Source: Macrostomum lignano (lineage: Eukaryota). From it: a stretch of DNA of 64,000 nucleotides. The position numbers and the translations under genes are program-made. The stretch is from positions 1-64,000 of the forward strand of contig NIVC01001503.1 in assembly GCA_002269645.1 (NCBI GenBank), given 5' to 3'. Of the stretch, positions 58,635-64,000 are shown one piece after another (position 1 is the stretch's first letter; each line of letters opens with the position of its first letter). Under the pieces are notes generated by a model, which was not told the origin of the DNA, ran no database searches, and saw nothing but the letters and a program-made list of their open reading frames with translations.

Positions 58635-61600
58635 ATGGCCTCCCGCCTCCTGCCCGCAGCTCTCCTCCTGCTGTGCCAGTGGGCGCCGAGGCAGCCAATT
58701 CTAACAGCCGTGTCGGCGCTCGGCCAGCCGCAGATGAAAATGGCGGAGAAGAACCTCATCAAGCAGCTGTTGCAGCACTACGACAAGAAGAGCCGGCCGG
58801 TGATTGACGCCGACCCGCCCTACGGCACGCCTAAAATTGAGCGACGCAAGGAAAAGCACGCAAACTCGTCGACTATACCGATCCAGCAGGTCACGGTTGA
58901 GTTCGGACTCAGGCTGGTACAGATTCTCGATCTGGATGAGATGGAGCAGGTTCTCACCACTAGCATGATATCGCTTTATGTGAGTGCTCGCTACATTCTG
59001 CTTTCAAATTTAGCTCGTTGCATGTTATTCAGGTCTCACACCTATAGCCTACTTATACTTTCCTCTTTACTGTCCTGTCTCGTCTCTTCCTCTTAGTTAT
59101 CTACTCTCCCTCTCATCGCTCTACTCTCCTCTCTGAATTTTCTACTCTCCAATCCCAATTCTTTACCCCTTTCTCTGAATTGTCTACTCTTCCCTCTGAA
59201 TTGTCTACTCTCCCTCTGAATTGTCTACTCTCCCCTCTGAATTGTCTGCTTTCCCTTCAGAATTGTCTACTCTCCCTCAGAATTGTCTACTCTCCCCTCT
59301 GAATTGTCTACTCTCCCTTCAGAATTGTCTACTCTCCCCTCTCATCGTTCTACTCCCCCTTTTGAACTCTTTACTCTACCTTCTATTCATTCTCCTCTCC
59401 TCTTTTCTGAGTTTCAATCGAAGCCTCACTTTCCGGTTCATTGTTTTACAGCCTCGTAGAAATTGGCAGCTCCTGTTTCAGCTTTCAATTTTGCCAAAAA
59501 AAGGAAATTGGAGCAGCACAGCACAGACCAGCCTCTTAATTAATCAAATTAAAACTGCGCAACTCGCCTCTGATTAAAACAAATCAGGCGACCAGATAGA
59601 TGATTCCTTTCCCATTGAATTTAATCGCATCTTTTATTAAGCTTCAGTGCGAATTGAACTGGCTTGCTTGGACTCAAATTTTGTCTCCAGGCGGCAGGGC
59701 TCAATTTATTAAGGGTAGTTTGCTAAAAAAAGATTGAAAATCGACTGGCTATAGGGTTACCTGTTAGCTGCCGAGGATGAGGCAAAACGGCTCAGATTCC
59801 TTCAGTTCCCCTTTTCACCGGGGCTCTTATGATACTCCTCAGCTAGGGTTAGGGTGAGGGTTAGGGTGAGGGTTAGGGTGAGGGTTAGGGTGAGGGTTAG
59901 GGTGAGGGTTAGGGTGAGGGTTAGGGTGAGGGTTAGGGTGAGGGTTAGGGTGAGGGTTAGGGTGAGGGCTAGGGTGAGGGTTGGGGTGAGGGCTAGGGTG
60001 AGGGTTAGGGTGAGGGTTAGGGTGAGGGTTAGGGTGAGGGTTAGGGTGAGGGTTAGGGTGAGGGCTGAAAAAAACAAGTAGGGAAAGCAGCTGACAGAAA
60101 GTGCGGAAAAGTGACGACAAGGCAAAAGATTCTTGCGATCAGTACTTCATCTTTATCTTATCAAGAAGCGAGGCTCTGCTCTCTTCTATCGCATCTCTGA
60201 ACAACCGCTGATGCAATTGTCAGTTTGCTATAAATTTGTAATAGACCTGACAGACAGGCCCGCTGTAGTTATTTTTGACGAACAGTGCGCGGTTCTGCAT
60301 GCTGGCAAATTTCAAATTGCTTTCATCAATTCTGTCAGCAGCTCTTGCTGTGCCTGCTCTCAATAGTGCAATGCCTCATGGCCTATTGCTCTAACTGATT
60401 GCTCACTGTATCTTTATGCATACTCTGAGCTTAATGACTAGTTGAAATGAGCTCACAGCATACACAGCAGCCAGGTATAAGGGAGATACATGCCTTTTTA
60501 CTCATCCCTAACTCCAAAGCATCCTGACACAATGCTAAGCGGTTTACGCGCCACACCAGCTACAGCCATACGTGCATCCGCATGCGCGGCAGCATGGAGT
60601 CAGGAAGCAAAAGCTCAGTTCACAAACAACTGCTCTTTCCTCTAGAAGAGAGGCTTCTACAGAGGCGGGTTGTTTGTTGCAGCAAAAAAGCTGCCAGAAA
60701 TACATTGAGAGAGCGCGGGAGACGGTTGATCAAGTTCAAGTTGAATGCTTCCCCCCTTAATGCAGTGCGGCTTTTGTGTGTCAGCGGGACCTGCTGTGCG
60801 ACAGAAAGAGAGACGGACGGACGGACAGACAGGGCGTGATCGGTAATTTGGGAGGATGAAGGCTCCCGGCAACACTGCTTGCACCATTGAACGCTCGTAT
60901 AAGGGGGGGGGGTAAAATGAATGAATGCGAGAGAGACTGCAGTTGGAAACTAATAAGGAAAACTGGATTTTGTGGAGACTTCGCTACAAAAAAAATAAGT
61001 AACTTCACTGCCGCTGCCAGAACTTCATGCATGCCCAGTACAGGCCGAGGGGACTCCGTTTTAAGAAGCCAATTCTGAGTCCCTACCTATCCCCGAACAG
61101 GGGGGTGCAGTAATCCAAATCCACTCGCTCTCTGCTCTGCGCTACCAATCTGGTCTTAGCTGAACATTTTAATAATAGTTTTATGCCCCCCAGCCAACGC
61201 TCTAATATCGTAATCAAGATCCTAGCGGCTGTATTAAAAATACAGAAGAAGTTGCTGCAATTCGGGAAGCCGATAGGGGAGAGAGAGGGGGGAGAGAGGG
61301 AGGTTCAGAGAACGCTCGAACAGGCAGGCACTCCGAAGCCTGCATACGCAGTCAACTGTGCGTTGCCGGTTCGTGTTTACACGACTATGACCAGGGCCTT
61401 TTTTCTTACTTCTCTCGCTCCCACCTGGTCTGTGGGATCTCTCTGCTGCAAAATACACACAGGCAGCGCACACCTGACAGATTCTGGGGCCAGCTGATAT
61501 CTTCATCATCTATCTAAGCTGCGGCGGCGCCGGAGTCTGGCCATGGGGGAGGGGCGGTACCAGTAGGAAGAGCCGAGGCTTCGGTGTAGATCAGGAAACA

Positions 61601-63128
61601 AACTGATGAAGAATGAGAGTCTGCATTGGCCAAGTGGTTGGGTTAAGAAGTGGGTGGTTTTTTCTAAATCTAAATCCTCAAGTAAAGCTTGCTGGCAGGT
61701 CTGGGCGTGCAGGTCTTGTCCCAACCTCATTTCTATCACTTTTGGCATTATTGGAGGCCCATAAGCCTCGGCAGTTGCAGATGTCCGCCCCGAGGAATAA
61801 TCAATTGGGAAAAGTGAGGGGATAGCGGTTGACAAGGGAGCCGGGGAGGGCTTGAGGAAATAAAGGAAAGTTGGACGGGAGCAAGAGAGAGAGGCAGACG
61901 GCGCCGGAGAAACACGCCGCTGGGGGCGCGAAATCATCATCCCTTGTGAGAGGAAAATTTTTCCCTACTTTTTCCCCGCATCCCACCCCCCCCCTCGATA
62001 CACAGATGGAGACAGATAGATAGAGAGATGTAGACAGGCTTGACGTGGTGCCCAACACGCATAAAAGCGGGGTGTCGCCCTAGCGGAGACTCCCGCTGCG
62101 GCGGGCCATTTGGTCCTAATGAAGTCATAATTGGATTTCCGTTCGCTGTTCGTCGAGTGCCGCCATTGGGGCGCGAGAGAGAGAGAGAGAGAGTGAGAGT
62201 GAGAGGCGAGGACGGGTTCCAAGAGAAGAATGGAGCCGAGAGAGGGAAGGCGAAGGAAATGAATGAAGGCGTGATGGGGGGGCGTCCTGCCGGACCCGGT
62301 GGCGCCCACGGGGACTGTGTTGGGGCTGGCTGGGCGACACTGTCAGGCCACAATGTCGGAGGGTTCGGGTTAGAGGAGGGAGTCCCGCGTGCAGCTGCTG
62401 CTGCACTCTCGGCGTGCCCCCCCGGCCCTCGGCTGCTGCTGCCGCCCCGCTTTTTTGGCATCTTTCTTCCTCTCCGGCCACCGCTTGCATGCCTGTGGGC
62501 GCCTTGGCTGCTGGCAGGCGGCGATCGAGCTCGCTCGCTTACTGTCCCCCACTCTGCTCTCTCTTTCACACCCTGCACCGCTGACCGACTGCCCCCAGTG
62601 CGCTGGATCTCACAGTTGGCTGGCGGGAACTACCGCGAACTGTCCTGAGCTGAGCATCTCTATCTCTCGCCTTCACCCGCGTGATGGGTGAAGCATAATA
62701 CCCCCCCCCCCTTAGTAATTGTGCCACGGATCTGAAGTCGGAACAAGTGCAAAGATGGCTGTTTTTTCTCTCTCTAGTAGGCGTCTGGTCTGGACAGCGG
62801 ACTTCCGCGCAGCATCTTTTTGATGCATTAATCCCTTCATCAGACACTGTGTCATTATGCATGCATTCGGATTCGGACAGTCCCATCTCGGACAGAACTT
62901 CTTGGGAGCAATAGTTCCACACTGACACTTGGAAGCCGATAATGCAGGCTTATCCCAAACAAAATTTAGTTGCTAGAATTTCTATCTAAACCCGCAATCT
63001 CCTATTCCTAATCCGCAGGAGTGGACCGACTACCATCTGCGCTGGGAGCCCGAAGACGAGGATGGCATCATGTTTGTACACATACCCACCAAGGACATCT
63101 GGCTACCCGACATTGCGCTATACAACTA
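58635..63128 (+). CDS. Cys-loop ligand-gated ion channel, nicotinic acetylcholine receptor-like subunit (first two coding exons; gene continues beyond the window)
   Basis: Exon 58635-58979: signal peptide, EKNLIKQLLQHYDKKSRPV, VTVEFGLRLVQILDLDEMEQVLTT, donor GTGAGT. Exon 63019-63128 (110 bp): EWTDYHLRWEP...DIWLPDIALYN, donor GTAAGT. Confidence 0.92.
59130..59340. repeat. Minisatellite, 20-22 bp unit (ctgaattgtctactctcccct), nAChR intron
   Basis: About 9 units in a pyrimidine-rich tract. Confidence 0.85.
59845..60064 (+). repeat. Interstitial telomere-like tract, alternating TTAGGG/TGAGGG (12-bp unit)
   Basis: About 18 copies of gggttagggtga with a few variants. Confidence 0.95.
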
Positions 63129-63599
63129 GTAAGTGACCGCTGACTGGGAGGCTCTGGGGCCAGCGATGGCGCTTTCAGTATCCCTATTGAGAACTGCATG
63201 AGCTGCTCTCCGCGTGTGAATCATTAATGAGCCGGGAGTAGCTATGCGGCTTGAAAATATGACCTCAGCATCCTCCCCCACTCGCCACAAGCCAGCGGAG
63301 TTAGCGGGAGAGATACGTAGAAGATAGGCAAATGGAGCAGTACAGATACTCGTAGTTGGCTGATTCTCATGCATTTATTCAGCATTGTGGTTGGCTTACA
63401 CACCAGGCTGTGTTGTACGACTGCGCGCTGGGCAGCGCAGGATTTTGTTGGCTGTTTTGCCGGGTTTGGTGGCAGCCTTGGAAGAGCAGAAGCCAGCGTT
63501 GCTGTCTGAGCAATGTCTTGAAGAGCAGTCAGATGGAGGAAAACTTGATGACGATTCTGCTTTATTCAGCGATTCATGACAAAGTTGGAAACTGCTTTG

Positions 63600-63700
63600 C
63601 GGCATCATGAAGATGGGAGAGTCTGTGCCAGTGAATGAGAGCTGCGGCATCATGAGGATGGGAGAGTCTGTGTCAGTGAATGAGAGCTGCGGCATCATTC
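63600..63700. repeat. Short tandem repeat, 45 bp unit, ~2.2 copies
   Basis: gcggcatcatga(a/g)gatgggagagtctgtg(c/t)cagtgaatgagagct repeated. Confidence 0.8.
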
Positions 63701-63955
63701 AGAGGCAGTGATGAGTCCAGTTTGGGGAGATGAGAGTCAGCGGCAGTGATGAGTCCAGTTTATACCCAGCTGAAGCAGACAGATATCTCAGCACAGCTGT
63801 CCCAATATCAGCTGAACGTCAGCAATAATAGACAGATTTTTATCAGCCATCTCTCCTGTCTCGGGCATAGCTGGGGCAAGAAGCTGTCCCCAGTGCTGCC
63901 CAGCCCGGAGCTGTCGTGTCTGTCATGCACGCGTCTTCAGGAAATTTGGCGGTCT

Positions 63956-63958
<3 letters not shown>

Positions 63959-64000
<42 letters not shown>
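63959..64000. repeat. (AG)n microsatellite running off the window
   Basis: Perfect AG dinucleotide run. Confidence 0.95.

Overview
Eukaryotic (animal) genomic DNA. It shows CpG-rich, GC-rich exons, GT-AG introns packed with minisatellites, tRNA/CORE-type SINEs and TTAGGG-like repeats. This profile resembles a free-living flatworm such as Macrostomum, but that is an inference and was not verified. Genes supported: Sec24A/B-like (minus strand, 6 exons, with frameshifts), NF-YB, a two-RRM RNA-binding protein, two small uncharacterised minus-strand genes, an intronless FAM78-like gene, hnRNP K (5 exons), APC13, and the first two exons of a nicotinic acetylcholine receptor-type Cys-loop channel. 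Mobile DNA: an intact D,D34D mariner, a decayed mariner, a 2.4-kb foldback element with a 9-bp TSD, a hAT-type MITE family, 7 SINE copies and an RTE-like LINE end. Two patterns are not explained by the gene list. (1) There are two multi-kb AT-rich, nearly CpG-free domains upstream of divergently oriented genes, where resident repeats are eroded by C>T/G>A changes including non-CpG sites. (2) There are about 20 unrelated minisatellites whose unit lengths cluster at 21-23, 31-33, 42-45 and 52 bp, i.e. multiples of about 10.5-11 bp. All coordinates and counts were read by eye. Repeat edges are approximate.
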